The notes under the pieces were generated by a model, which did not search any database, was not told where the DNA came from, and was given only the letters and a program-made list of their open reading frames with translations. Made by a program: the position numbers and the translations under genes. Positions 41,193 through 55,034 of a stretch of DNA of 64,000 nucleotides are shown here, in pieces. Positions within the stretch are counted from its first letter, which is position 1; each line of letters begins with the position of its first letter. Source of the stretch: Leucoraja ocellata (lineage: Eukaryota); contig JAWMAR010000136.1 in NCBI GenBank assembly GCA_036785375.1, positions 1,860,001-1,924,000 on the forward strand. Direction: 5' to 3'.

Positions 41193-41589
41193 TATGGATC
41201 ACCTTGTCATCAAAATTGAGGTGCTGTAAACAGAACCTTTTCCATAGGCTTGAGGCTCAAAGTGAATCAATGAAGTACCTATTGATCAGCACAGATCTGT
41301 AAAATAATGTTAGAAAATAAGGTTGTGGCTGCAGCCCCACTATCATTTTTCACCTTAACTGCGATGTTATGAAGTTGTGCTATCCTACATAGAGACTGAA
41401 ATTCTCTTGCTTTAGTCACACCAACCACTCGTATGCATCTCATGATTACTCCTGGCAATAGGAAAACAGCCCTGGGAGAGGGCTGGCCATTCATCCTTAT
41501 GGTAAGGCGATGCGGGAAGATGCGGGAAGATGAGATCCTAAAACGGACATAACGTTTAACACAAGGTGAATGGTTCCCCTGAGGATGCA

Positions 41590-42215
41590 TTAAGAGCTGA
41601 ACAAGGAGAAATGATTACAAGGAGACAATTCATGGGTTGAGTGAGTGGGCAAAGTTGTGGTCATGGATTTTATCAATGGTCATCCACACTTGATTTAACA
41701 TAGATGGAAGTGAGAGTTTTCTAAACGCTTTAAAATAGAAAAGGAGTGGGGATTCAAAGAGAACATGGATCATGGACCCATACTGACAATAACTAAAATG
41801 ATTCAGGAAATGCTGGACATTATATCAAGAGTCCCGAAAGGAAAGGTGAGAAGTTATGTTAGACCTACACAATGTTCTGATTATACCTGGAGTATTGAGA
41901 GCGCTGCATCTTTACAAAAACATATTGACCTTGACAAGATTTTAATCAAAATTTATTAGAAAATATCTGTATATCAGGAGTTGGATTATATGAAAACAGG
42001 GCAGATTACCTTGAATTGACTTGAATATGAACTAATTTGATTTTTCAAAGTGTTAAGAGGTGCTGACAAAATGGACAGAGAGAAACTACTTCAGTTCAAT
42101 GGGGAAGTTGGACGTTGGAGCGAGTCTAAACTGGAGCTAGACTTCAAAAGATTAAGTTGAGGATGATAGAAATTTCCACAGAGGGTGGTAGAAGTTTGGA
42201 ATGCTTTTCCACAAA
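41590..42215 (+). mobile_element. Highly degenerate CR1 fragment
   Basis: Residual motifs (gagtgggcaaag, gttagacc, cagagggtggtagaagtttggaatgc). Confidence 0.5.
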
Positions 42216-42770
42216 GAGCTATGCTTTTTCCACAAAGGTCCATAGTCAATTGCTACATCTAAATTTTTAATTCTCGGAGCAGAAAGCAAACTGCTGGTAG
42301 AACTTAATGGTTCAGATGACATTTGTGGAGAGAAATGACAGATGACATTTTAGATGACAGATGACAGGTCAGGACCGTTCTTGAGTTTTGAAGAAGGGTC
42401 CTGACCCAAAACATCATCTATAATTTCCCTTCATAGATACTGATAACCTGCTGAGCTTCTCCACCAGTTTGTTTTTTGCTTAATGTTCAAGTCTCTGCAG
42501 TGTCTTTCATCCCCATTTATAGTGCAAAGGGAAAAATTACAAAGCTTAGTCATTATTTAGCAGCAGAATCCTGAATGGTTTGTTCCTGCATAAGGATTAA
42601 TTTCTATGATGAGTCATGAAATATTAAGGGTATCACGATTGACATCAGGTCATAGGTGTGTAAGATCATAAGATTTCCATAACCTGATGCGAGTGTGTGT
42701 CTTTGTGCTTCAATATTGCTCAGGAGGATAATTCATCATATCCTGGCAAGAATCAATATTGTTACGAGGG

Positions 42771-42865
42771 GATAGACACAAAGTGCTGGAGGAACACAGC
42801 GGGTCAGGTAGCATCCCTGGAGAAAAGGAATAAGCGATGTTTCGTTGTTCGAGACCCTTCTGCAG
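42771..42865 (-). mobile_element. PLE-derived short repeat
   Basis: gatagacacaaagtgctggagg... family body. Confidence 0.6.
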
Positions 42866-45800
42866 AATTTTTAATGATGTAAGGACAGAAGTTCAATTAA
42901 AATCTAAATGACATGTTAGAAGTCAAACAAGTGGCCATCATTAAACACAATCTATTTTGAGATCTTGAGAATGTGGGGAGAATTAAATAGGATTTGTGTA
43001 GGATTGGTGTAAATGGGTGCTTGATGCCTGGCATGGACAATGGTTTGTAGAGCATGTTTCTACACCATATGACTCTAATTTACCATGTCGGTAAGTTGAA
43101 ACAAGTGATCTTGGAAGGTGTTGGGTGGAAAGTTCTGTCCTCCTGGGGTGATGAGCAATTAAAAGCAACAGCTTCCAAGCAGTTAGAAGAAGTGTCAGTG
43201 AAACACTTACTGTGCACAGCTTCCTGCTATGACCTTTTCAATGGAAATATTTCTGAAGAGTGGTGGACTGATCAAGTTCGAGAATAAAGGTGAAGTGAGA
43301 ACCAGTGACTGTGTTGAAGATCACCAAGTCAGGAAAACCTTGGGTTTGAAACATGTCAATCCAATTATGAGAAGCAATTTTGTGTATATATTCAGCCAAA
43401 AAAATGCATTTTAATTGATCAGCAATATTGCTGTTGACAGCTAACAAAATTAATTCCAAGCCTACTGAGCTTTGGTTCTTCAAACACCACAGGCACTGAA
43501 GCATGATTTTGTTCCTAATGCAGCCAAAGTCTGTAGCATACCTCATCAATTTTCCCACCTGCTCAGAACACGAGACACTTTCCATCACTCTCACTGCAGC
43601 CCACGGTGTTAAACATTAAATTTATATGAAAGACATCCTGAATGTTTGTATTTCAATCCTTAGTTCTCAGGATTTCGCTTGCTATCATTGCGTGGTCCAT
43701 TTTTTATACTGAATCGCACGCAGAAATAATTTCAATTTTCCTCCGCAGAATTTAACGGTAGAGCTGGCAGAAGGTTCATTCGTATCTCACTGAGATGCTC
43801 AAGCCAATATCACCAGCTGTGCTCTCACCTCAGTACTTCTTGCCACCCAGAGAATTATTTCAACGATAATTAATATTTAGACATGGTGATTTGGTGGGTT
43901 CATTTAGATCAACTTTAACTTTATATTTAAAAGTTTTATTCAACAAAAAAAAAACATTGACTCCATGCCTGCTGCCAGTATCTATGGCAGAGTGAATTCC
44001 AAGTACTTAGAAATAGGACAGAATTTCACAACAGAAAACTCAACTGCTGTACAAAATTACTCTGACAAAACCAGTTATCCTGTGATCTGAAAGCCCACTG
44101 TGCTAATTACCAAGGTCCAAATTAATTCCTGTGTGAGATAGGATTAAATGGCTGATGTATTTTCCAGCAACTATGACACTCCTAGCAACATGAAATTCCA
44201 TCCAGCGGATTTTTTCTACTAATCTAATTTGTGTGATTTAAAATGTCGTGGGGTTTTGGAGATTTCCGTGTCAAACATAATGAACTACTGGAGCATTGTA
44301 TGTCTGTGCGGGACATTATCTAAAGTAGACATCCACTTGGTAACCATTCTTTTGATAATCGCAGTATCACATCTGAACCCAATGCACTTTATTCAAATTC
44401 TCCTTGTCTACACAGAATCATAATCCTTCCTTATGCCCTCTACACCCCTTCTCTTTCTCTGCAAGTTAAAACTGGCTTGAATTCTATTTTTTCTCTGTTC
44501 TGATAAAGTCACTGATCTGAAATGTTAACTCTCTCTCTCCCAAGATGCTTCTTGACACACTAACGCAGAAATATTTTGGTTTTTTTTAATTTTTAATATT
44601 AATAGACTGTGATTAAAATCAACTCAATTAGGGCAATGTAATATTTACAAAATCATCAAAAATAACATGTGTAAATATTCAAAAGAATAATCATGGAAAT
44701 ATGAAGGGCTGATAATCGAGGGGATTAGTGGTTTATAATACAAGGCAGGAAATGATTAATGAGTGATTTAAATTAATTTTTCTACCAAGGACATAATAAT
44801 GGCAAAATAATTATTGACCAGGTGGTTTTATTCTCTTATTTTGTTGTCAATGTTTGACTGTTGTTTTGTATTGGGCCATGAAATACGAACCAAAAAAATG
44901 ACGTCACTTAAAACGATTGATCTACTGATAATATCCAGTAGATCTGCATTGAGCCATGTCCCCATCCAGTACTTACTACATGTGGCTAAATATAGCACCA
45001 TCCAATCTGTGTGTGGCTTGAGAATGAAAACCACGCCAGGCCACTTACATATAACTTGCTTTTCGCAAAGCAGGGAAAAAATACCAGCAAAGTAGAATTG
45101 AATGCTAAGGATTTTCTTTTCATTAACTTTCTTGCTCATTTTCATTCTACCTTTCTTTAAATAGCTGTCTTTGTTGGGCATTGTTCCAATCTTACCACAG
45201 ATTGCCATAGGGACAATTATTTATGTGTCAGCGTTACAGCTGATGTTAGTAGGAAAATCAAGTTTTTGTCTTCAGTCAAAGTGTATCCGCAGGCACTGTT
45301 AGGAAGGATTGCTGACTAATGTTCAGAACAGCAAACCTCAAGTTGAATTCTCCTCAAAAGGGTATTACGTTTCCCTGGGAAAAGGATATTAAGTGTGAGT
45401 CGTGAGTGCTGAAGGTGAAATCAGTTAACTCACTGCTAATGTAAAATGAATCTGGTTTCTACTTTGATTAAAAGGATTTGGTTATTCATGAGTGAAACTG
45501 TCCAGTCACTAATAAGGAGGAAGCAAAGACATGTGTGTGTGTCACATTGTAACAAGTCCTTTTCACGAACTGTAGTGAATCCTTTCTGGGAACATCACTA
45601 TCATTAAGCCTCAGATAGCATGATTTATCCCCATTATAACAAAATCTAAGATTTGCTAACATGCCTGCAAACCCAACAGTTCTAAGTGTGAAGTTACTTC
45701 TATGCTAAAAGTCAATAGAGCACTGCTGGTGTAATATAATGAGATCAAAGAATAAACAATATGCTCAGGGAGGTTCTGAATCGACCTTTGTCCACTGCTA

Positions 45801-45946
45801 CTATGCTTATTAATACTTACATAGTCATGGGGGAAATTTAAGCAAAATTAGATAATTACATGAAGATAGATGTTGGTTATAAAGAAACCAGATGCTATGA
45901 GAATATTCAAGTTGGTGACAAATTGACGATCCATTATTGGTTTTAG

Positions 45947-46410
45947 AACATGGAAGAGTTCAACACAGGAACAGGCCCACAATGTCTATGCCGAACTTGT
46001 TGCCATATTAATCTCTTCTGCCTGCACGTGATCCATATCCCTCTATTTCAAAAGCCCTCTTAAATGCCACTGTTATATCTGCCTTCACCACCACCAAGCA
46101 TGTTCCAGGCATCTGTTGCTCTCTATGTAAAAAACTTGCCAAGCTCATCTCCTTTAATCTTTGCCTCTCTCACCTTAAAGTTAAGCCCTCAAGTTTTTGA
46201 CATTTCCACTCTGGAAAAGAAAAGACTCTATCTGTCTACCCTATTTGTGCCTCTCATAATTTTATGAACTTCCATCAGGTCTCGCCTCAACATTCAATGC
46301 TCCAGAAGAAAACCATCCAAGTTTGTTCAACATCTCCTTATAGTTTGTCTTATCAATGTGCAACACCTTGCATTTATCTGGATTAAACTCCCTCTGCCAT
46401 TCCTCAGCCC
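45947..46410 (-). mobile_element. Degenerate CR1 LINE fragment
   Basis: Similar to the 49980 copy. Confidence 0.7.
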
Positions 46411-46659
46411 ACTAATTGCAACCTGAGAGTGAACAACATAGGAAAAAATCATTGTCTTCAACTTCAATAAGGAAACCTAGCAGGTAGAAGAAAAACATGT
46501 AAGGGGAATGAAATAAATAGTAGAGACATGACTAGTACACAGAGTAAAGACATAATTCAATTCAAAACACAATATGAGGCAATTAATGCACAGATGAAAA
46601 GGGAGGGGGACGTGGGGCTAAGGATAGGCAGAGGTGAAGAGATGGGTCTTGAGGACACC

Positions 46660-46880
46660 CTTTTGTCGCCTTTTCTTCCATCTGCCAATCCCCACTAACC
46701 CCCTCCATTATCTGTACTCACCTATCACTTCCTAGGCTCTCCCCCAACCCACCTCTCATTTCCAACTTTCACCCCTCTACCCCATCAGTCTGAAGAGGGG
46801 TCCTGACCCGAAGTGCCATCTGTGCATTCCTTCCACAGAATGTGCCTGAACCACTGAGTTTCTCCAGCACATCGTTTGTT
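46660..46880 (+). mobile_element. Old PLE 3' end with degenerate hammerhead repeat
   Basis: Pyrimidine-rich stretch, then cagtCTGAAGAggggtcctgacccgaag. Confidence 0.55.
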
Positions 46881-49246
46881 TTTTTGGACCTTTAGATCTT
46901 AAGACATCATGACTATCTGATCATCATTATACTCTCTCACTTATCAATGAGTGCGGAGTGGGAATGATACATAATTGTTGAGCTAAAATAAACACTGAGC
47001 ATTATGAAGCTTAGTAAATGAAGGAACAATGCAATTGTAACTGCATCTTATGTTTCTGTCTTTAAGTATTATCTTAATAGATCTGGGTTGTCCATTTATT
47101 TGCATAATTATTCTATATTGATTAATATACAACATTCTATCCACCAGTGAACCTAACACAAGTTTATTTGTTCCTTTAACAAACTGAAGCATTTTTGGAC
47201 TTGCTGGTCAAAAGGTCAATACCCTCAGATTCAGAATGAAACAGGACAGTCCAATGGGGCATGTGTTGGACAATTCGTGCCAGCGGACATGCTGTGAAGT
47301 AGATTAACACGTCTAAATTAACGCAGAACAAAATTATTCCAGCCATCTGTTGTTGACAAACACAGGCTCAATATGCAAAAAGAATTTTATAGCCGGCCAT
47401 GTTCTCAAACTCAACATGGTTCATTGAAGCGACAAGTGGAAAATAAACTTTATGAATGAAAACAAATACATTGTTAATTTATTTGTGAAATGACCCAGTG
47501 TCATTGCACCATAGAATATGCCTTGTTATGAGGCACATTCTTGGGGATAAGGATCAGAAGATAAATTATGCCTCATGCCTTCTGCTATTATTGTAGATGT
47601 AGGTACGCTACATCTCCACCTGGGGTTATTTGTCAAGCATCATCTGCCATGCCCAATAGTTAATAAATAGAAGTAATCTGCAGATGAATCAAGAATGAAA
47701 ATTTGGCTGTTATACAAGTGACTTTAATAGAGGTCAGCGCAGACAAGCACGAACTGTGTGAGAAGAAAATAAATTAATATGTTTCAAAGTGGAAATTGCC
47801 TTGGGTGCTAATTTGAAAAATTGGATTTTGAAGTCTTAGCCACATAGTTTCGGTTTATGTGGAATTGTAATTGCATCTATAGGAGTCTCCACTTCTGGGT
47901 TTCGATTCTGGAGAATCACGTATCACAGAATATTGCCATTTCAGCCTTTAAAGAACAACTTATTTAAGATACTGACTTTTAAATTAATATAAGGTAATTC
48001 GTTTTCTAGTTCTTCAACTGGGTCAAGTTATTTATTGTTCTGTTTAGAATTAATGAAGAGTTCATGTTTGATGGACCAAATTAGCATTCCCATTTAAAAC
48101 ACTTTTGCCCACGGAGACATGTTTTCAAGAGGCTAATTTTCTGGTTTGGGGATGGAGAGGTTGTAACATTAAAAATCATTCTAATCATCTCCTCAATGGA
48201 TATTAAACTGAATCATAATCTAAGGACACAGAAGTTTTCTTGCAGTCAAGCTGGCTTGCATATGATTAATGTTCCCAATTGCAAATCAGTAAATTGCTTT
48301 GACAGCTTTCCAGATCTAATGACCTAGTTGTAAAATGCCTGTGTGGAATTGATTAAAAAGATCACAACATTTAAAAAAAAAGTGAGTCAATTATAAAGAA
48401 CAGCAAGAGGAAAGAAATGTATACAAACCCAATTCTGTATCACGTTTATATAAAGTCCCCCAAAAAATTATTCACAGCAACATAAATGGTTTCTATCATA
48501 ATTAAACATTTAAAAAAAAACATGATGCTGAACAAAAAATCCTGATGGATGCATTTACTTATCATTTCAAGACCATTTTCCATTTAATTGAGATCATATT
48601 CTGACACCGTTTTCAGACAAAATAATTACTAAATCAATCAAGAGCAATACGTTTATATAAAATGTTCTTATACCATGGGAGAATAAAAAAAATGTCACAA
48701 TGGATTTCAATTCGTAAAACAAATTATCCTATAATGTAAAATATAATGTAATTCTGTTAAGCACACTATGTTTAAATCTTAGCTTCTTCACCTCTACAGG
48801 CACAGTTATAAGGCTTCAAAATGTAATGTTCATGGATAATGTATTCTTGTTAAAATGGAATCAATAATTTATGAAGTTATCCAACCCAAAACTAATGTGT
48901 TCAAGAATTAACGTGTTCATTCCAATGAAAAATCAGGTCATGAAATATATTCAGGAATGTTCCCATAGGTACCAAGTCTATTTTGTTGAAAAGTTATTAC
49001 AAGTCCAGCCAGAACGTTGGGAGTGAAATAATGTAGATGAATGGTCTCTCAGTTCCATTTATGTACGTGGGAGGGGGGGGAAATTGGAGATGGTCGGTAA
49101 TTGGGATAAATTAGTAACGTTAATGACCATCTCCAAATGGACTTTAGTGTGCAGCTCTAGTGTGGTGTAAACCTTTGTTCCTGGCAAAAATTAGTAAAAA
49201 GGTTAAAATATCCAAGCGATTACCAATTCCTACTTCAGGTACCTAC

Positions 49247-49398
49247 CAAAGAGAAGAACACTTGTATTTGAGGCGCCAAGTTTGTTCATTGCCACACAGG
49301 TATAATTTCCATAATCCTCTTCCGAAACATTAAAGAATGTAAGCACAGATGTATCTCCATTTTTCTTAATTTGCACACCATTTAATCCAGTAGAAAGC
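49247..49398 (-). CDS. OPCML: IgLON family gene, exon encoding the C-terminal half of Ig domain 3
   Basis: 152-nt exon, ctttacag|G...TTTG|gtaggt (phase 2 to 1, compatible with the previous exon). It translates as [51 protein letters not shown], which carries the IgLON hallmark [21 protein letters not shown]. It is absent from the ORF track. Confidence 0.95.
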
Positions 49399-49979
49399 CT
49401 GTAAAGTACAGAAACCTTTTAGCTGTAATATAACTAATGTATAATTTCTGTAACAGTGCTGATAAGTTTCTAATACCTCCTCATTAATTCAACCAGGTGA
49501 TGCTGAATTGGAATACATGATCCAAAACATACCATCTACAACTCTGATTCGGTGTTGAGGGCATTTATAGTCCTTGTATTAGAAAGCCATCATATAACCT
49601 TTTCTCCTATCTTCAGTCAAGCAATTAATTTCAATTGCCAAAGCTTCAGGTGCTTGTCCCTCTGAAATAGCACAGACGTTTGTTGCAAAAAGATCAATAA
49701 TTCAGCTTCTAAATTCTCAGAAGATGTGCATCAGCACACAAATGAGATCACCAGTAAGGTAAATCATGTAACAAGTTGTATTGTCAAGCACTCTAATGAA
49801 GCATAAATAAATTTCCTGAAGCTGTTTTGAGGAACATGTGCATTTTTTAAGGGCATTATTTTTTGTTGGAATTTATTTCTTCAGGTGGGAAGGCAAATTA
49901 CCACAAGGAGAACCAACAAGGTATAACAAGATCTTTCTACCTCTTGGAATTTATGCAGAACTGACAGACCAGAAAAGGC

Positions 49980-50590
49980 AGAACATGGAAAAGTACTGCA
50001 CAGGATCATGTCCTGAGGCCCACAATGATGCACCAAACATGATGCCAAGATAATCTCCTCTGTCTGCATGTGATCTATGACCCTCCATATCTGTGTGCTT
50101 ATCAACCCCTATCATATCTGCTTTCACCACCACTGCCGACACTTATCACGATCTGTTTAAAAATCTTGCCCCACACATCTCCTTTAAAATGTATTCCTCT
50201 CATGTTCAAACTATGCCCTTGACCCTTTGACATTTACACCGTGGGAAAATGGTTCTGACAGTCTACCCTTGTCTATGCCTCTCATCATTTTATATGCTTG
50301 CACCGTGTCCCTCATCCTCCTAGGCTCCAGAGAAAACTATCCCAGGTTGTCCAACCTCTCACTTATACAGTAGCTAATACTATCTAATCCAAGCAGCATT
50401 CTGGAAAACCTCTTATGCACCGTATCCTAATCATGCACGATTTTCCTGTCATACGATGACCAGAACTGCACATAATACTCTAAATAACCAAAGTTCTATA
50501 AAGTCCTAAAAACCCTATGTGACTACCTGACACTGATATTCACTACCTTGACCGATGAAGGCAAGCATACCATACACCTTCTAGACTGCA
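49980..50590 (-). mobile_element. Degenerate CR1 LINE fragment
   Basis: CR1 3' ORF-like sequence (ccagaactgcacataatactc, caacctctc). Confidence 0.7.
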
Positions 50591-51525
50591 CCTTTCACCT
50601 CGAATGACACTGGTGAAGATTATTCATTATAAAGCACTGCTTACTTTAAAGCATTAAATCCCACAATAAATTTCCCAAACCATGGTCGACTAAGATTTAT
50701 AACATTTCTGAGTTCAGCAGAGACTCCCAGCTTTTGAGGATTATTACACAAACACCCCTCCCTCAAAATTTTGGTGTAACTCATAAAAATTATAAATTTT
50801 TCTTCACGTAATGACTTTCTACAGGGATATTGCTCCTGAAATATTCCTACTTGGGTGTGGCGGGGCATACAGTTCCCATTCCTGTAACTTGAAAATTGCA
50901 AAATTACTCCAGACCATAACAATTGGTTTTGCTGAACTTTCTAAATGCATTTTTACTTCAGACCAAATATAGCAGTCAACATTCAAAATCCTGATCATTT
51001 GAACACGGTTCAGGCATAAAAAGAATTGAACAAAGTCTATCAAGCAGTTTGCATAACCGTAGAGGAATCCTCCTTGTGTCTGTACTTTCCCAATGATCTT
51101 TGGAAATGTTATTGCAGTTGAAACAATGAAAATACGTGTGTGCAGGTAGCATGTGATGCAATACTGCTGTTTGGTGTGAAGATACAATCCCGCAGGATGA
51201 AGTAAGCACATTACCGTCACTAATCCATCCTCAGTCATTAACCTGGGAGGTTTGGCAATTTTACAATTTAGCAATCTGTGAGATTTCTTGGCAGATGAAA
51301 ACACATATCTGCTTCATATGCTTCTTGGAAAGCTGTAATAAATAGTAATTTGTAATAATTTTATTGAGGATGTCTTGTTTGGCTGAAAACTATTTACTGC
51401 AGTAATGTTATTAACAGGATATCTATCTGAACAATTAATTAATTCATGAACTATGACACTATGTCAAGATTATTTTAGGTTGTGGTTCACAGATAATCCT
51501 TTGGAAATTTGTCTGCTCATTACTT

Positions 51526-51830
51526 TAGTGTAGTTTAGAGATACAGCCCAGAAACAGGCCCTTCGGGTCCGCGCCAAACAGCGACCCCCACACATGAACA
51601 CCATCCAACACATACTAAGGACACTTTTTGCATTTACAAGCCAATTTACCTATATACCTGTACGTCTTTGGAGCGTGGGAGGAAACCGAAGATCACGGAG
51701 TAAACCCATGCAGGTCACGGGGCGAGAACGTACAAACTCCGTACAGACAGCACCCGTAGTTGGGATCGAACCCGGGTTTCCGACGCTGCAAACACTGTAA
51801 AGCAGCAACTCTACCGCTGCACCACCGTAC
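51526..51830 (-). mobile_element. tRNA-derived V-SINE (HE1-like)
   Basis: Near full-length copy with A/B-box head and CR1-like tail. Confidence 0.85.
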
Positions 51831-51834
51831 CATC

Positions 51835-52090
51835 TTACTACATGAGGAGGAATTTCTTTAGCCAGAGGGAGGTGAATCTTTATTGCCACAGATAGCAGGG
51901 AGGCAGAGTCACTGGGTATTTTTAAAGCAGACGTTGATAAGTTCGTGATTAGTAAGGGCATCAAGCGTTAGGGGGAGAAGGCAGGAGAATGGGATTGAGG
52001 GGGAAAAAGTAGATCAGCCATGATCGAATGGTGGAGCAGACTTGATGGGCCAAACGGCCTAATTCTGCTCCTGTGCTTGATGGCCTTATA
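51835..52090 (+). mobile_element. CR1 LINE 3' end
   Basis: ttttaaagcagacgttgataagttc...ggagaaggcaggagaatgg...gggccaaacggcct tail. Confidence 0.8.
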
Positions 52091-52879
52091 TGAATATATG
52101 TTCCGCAATACCAGGTGAACAACACTCTTCTATGATTAGTGGAATTTTACACATTTGTATATGAGCCCTATTGGTCTAATCTGTTGACATTTTACAGAAT
52201 GGTTCAGTGGTGAATTGAAGGGTGACCTACAAGCTGTCTGTGGCTGGAATCAACCACAGCTCAAGTCAATGAATTCAAGAGAAAATACAAAGATGGGAAT
52301 ATTAAAGAGCAGCAATAAAACAATAAGGTGTGTTGTTCGAGTTTTCTGTCACAAATGGGTGAATTATTGCCATTAAAACAGAAATGTTTTGAAACATTCA
52401 ATAGGGAGAATATGTGCAAAGGCAAACAGCGTTAATGGTTCTCAACTTCAGAGGTTTGTGGCATTGGAAACATTAAATGTATTCAAGGCTTAGATAGAGT
52501 TTTAGACTTGAGGCTTATGGAAGTCAGGTTGGAAAAAGACAAAGGTGAAAAATCAGAACAATAGTGATCATACTTAATGCTAGGAGTCTCTGGTCTATAA
52601 CAGTTGCTGTTTCTTATTATCTGTAATATTAACCAGCCTGAAAATTCTGCATTCAAAGAACACTTCTTAAACAACAAGATAGAGTCAAATGATGAACACA
52701 TTTCTTATGGGATTTGTTTATGTTTGCTCAGCCGGGTTCACTTCACTGGCCCAAATCTACACATACATACATGGCAGGAACTGAATTTAATTGCTTTCCA
52801 ACAGAATATGGTTCATTTATTAGCATTTATGAGATGTAAAGTTCATTTTAATGCACCAACAAATCACCTGCATGTGATA

Positions 52880-53070
52880 TAGACACAAAAAAGCTGGAGT
52901 AACTCAGCAGGTCATACAGCATCTCTGGAGAAAAGGAAAAGGTGATGTTTCAGGTCAAGGCCCTTCTTCTGAACGGCACCTATTCCTTCTCTCCAGAGAT
53001 GCTGCCCGTCCCACTGAGATACTCCAGCTCTTTGTGTCTATCTTCGGTTTAAACCAGCATCTGCTATACC
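52880..53070. mobile_element. Hairpin-form PLE-derived repeat
   Basis: tagacacaaaaaagctggagt...actccagctctttgtgtcta inverted arms around a degenerate core. Confidence 0.7.
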
Positions 53071-53162
53071 TCCCTAGTGATGATGCTTTTACAGAAGGAA
53101 ATGCTAATCCTCATGTTATTTTGCAACAAACATGGTGAAAGTATTGCAATGACAGAAAATAC

Positions 53163-53283
53163 CTTCGGTCTTCTTTGTACCATTCAAAGTCTGCTGATGG
53201 AACAGCATACGCTTCGCACTGGAGGATTCCCTTCTGCCCTACAGCTGCCCCAACATTCCGTGTTTCAAGGATCAACGGTGGAT
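53163..53283 (-). CDS. OPCML: IgLON family gene (OPCML/neurotrimin-like), exon encoding the N-terminal half of Ig domain 3
   Basis: 121-nt exon bounded by ttgtctttacag| and AG|gtattt (phase 1 to 2). It translates as (Y)[39 protein letters not shown](R), closely matching the IgLON Ig3 motif YPP..VGQKG.L.CEASAVP.A.F.W.K. OPCML versus NTM orthology is not resolved. Confidence 0.93.
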
Positions 53284-53374
53284 CTGTAAAGACAAGCAAT
53301 GCATTCACTCAACGTTGTTCTACAATTGATCAGCAATGACAGAGGTAAACAGAGAGTTGGCTCAGTGAATGTTG

Positions 53375-53470
53375 ATTCATTCCTTCTCTCCAGAGATGCT
53401 GCCTGTCCCGCTGTGTTACTCCAGCTTTTTGTGTCTATCTTCAGTTTAAACCAGCATCTGCAGTTCCTAC
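53375..53470 (+). mobile_element. PLE-derived short repeat (3' part)
   Basis: cattccttctctccagagatgctgcctgtcccgctgtgttactccagc family body. Confidence 0.7.
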
Positions 53471-53559
53471 TTGCGCAGAAAGAGAGAGACTGGTCTGCAG
53501 ATGCTGTAGATGCAGTCCTCAAAAAAGCATTGTCAACACTCAACAGACACTAACAATAA

Positions 53560-53660
53560 TAGTCTGAAGAAGGGTTCTGACCCGAAACGTCACCCATGCA
53601 TTTTCTCCACAGATGCTGTCTGACACGCTGAATTACTCCTGCACTTTGTGTCTATCTTTA
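53560..53660 (+). mobile_element. Short PLE-derived repeat with intact minimal hammerhead core
   Basis: agtCTGAAGAagggttctgacccGAAACGTCacc followed by the family body ...agatgctg...ctgaattactcc. Confidence 0.75.
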
Positions 53661-53855
53661 GACAACAACAGAATTTGGTTACAAGTGAAATACAAGCAGA
53701 AATTATGTGTTGTAGGCAGAATAGACAAGTTATGATTGTTGAGATCCAGGCAGAATCCTTCAGCCCATTGACTAACAGAATGATCTCAGGGTGTGAGTCT
53801 ACAGTTTCTTGAAATGTAAGTAGATATAGTAGTAACTAGTAAAGAAGATGTACTG

Positions 53856-54012
53856 GATAGACACAAAATGTTGGAGTAACTCAGCAGGATAGGCAGCATC
53901 TCTGGAGAGGAATGGGTGACTTTACGGGTCGAGACCCTTCTTCAGACTGATTACTCCAGCATTTTGTGTCTTTCTTCAATTTAAAACAGCATCTGCAGTT
54001 CTTTCCTACACA
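53856..54012. mobile_element. PLE-derived repeat, minus copy with inverted tail
   Basis: Family body with mutated core (GTAAAGTC), followed by an oppositely oriented tail. Confidence 0.7.
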
Positions 54013-54084
54013 GATGTACAGCATACTTGGCTTGACCGGTGAGGTTGCTCAGTATAAAAGTCAGAAAATCTGGTTGCACCTGTA

Positions 54085-54415
54085 TTAAAAAAAACATTGT
54101 TTAGGCTACATTGAGTGCAGTTCTGGTCACCCCATAACAATGATGTTGAGGCTTTGGAGAGGATGCAGAAGATGTTCACCAGGATGTTGCCTGGATAAGA
54201 GAGTTTCAGGTATAAAGATCGTTTGAACAAACCTGGATGGTTTCTCTAGAGTGTGAGATGCTGAGGGGGACATGAGTGAAGTATATAAAGTTATGAGAGG
54301 TAGAGGGTGGGTAGACTTTTTCCCAGTGTGGAAATATCAATTGCTTGAGGGCATGGCTTGAAGATGAGAGGGAGAGAGTTAAAAGGAGATTGACGAGGCA
54401 AGTTTTCACATCCCT
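54085..54415 (+). mobile_element. CR1 LINE fragment
   Basis: cagttctggtcaccc...ggagaggatgcagaagatgttcaccaggatgttgcctgga CR1 signature. Confidence 0.8.
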
Positions 54416-55034
54416 TTTCACAGGTGCTAGCTGACCTGCTGACTGATTTTAACAGCTTGTGCCTTTATTTTAGATTTCCAATGTCAGCAGTTTTGAGTGG
54501 CATTTTATCTGCATAACAAACTTACTTCCGATGTAATCAGAACCAAAAACACTAAGTCACTCTCACTTAACTTCTCCTGAGTCTGCACACTTGGTTCTTA
54601 GATGCCATTTTGCTGTCATCTTGACTGGGTCTCCTTGAAAGAGGCCAGTCAACTCAATGAGTTTATGATGGCTCTTCATACAGCAATCCTCTCAGCCCCA
54701 TTCCCTTACACTTTCCCCACAGCCCTGCAAATGATTCCCTCTTACTTATCTCTCTTCATTTCCCTTTTGACCTCTTCCCATCATTCTTCCAGATCATGGG
54801 TGCTGGATCATAACTGTATAAAATGTTTTCCTTCACATGTTGGATGGGGACAAGGTGGTAAAGAAGGAATCCAAACAGTGGGAATACAAACAAGAGATGC
54901 TGCCTGACCTGTTGAGTTACTCCAGCACTTTGTATCCTTGTTTGTAAACCAGCATCTGCAATTTCTTGTTTCTGTATTTGATACTACATGGCTAGCATTG
55001 ATCCCATTGGAAATCCCGAATATAAATTAGCAGT

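Noticed and set aside
43745-43790. Minus-strand peptide DTNEPSASSTV resembling the microexon
   Set aside because: There is no pyrimidine tract and no frame-compatible donor; likely coincidence.
50641-51304. Overlapping minus-strand ORFs up to 161 aa
   Set aside because: Intronic AT-rich sequence with no coding signature.
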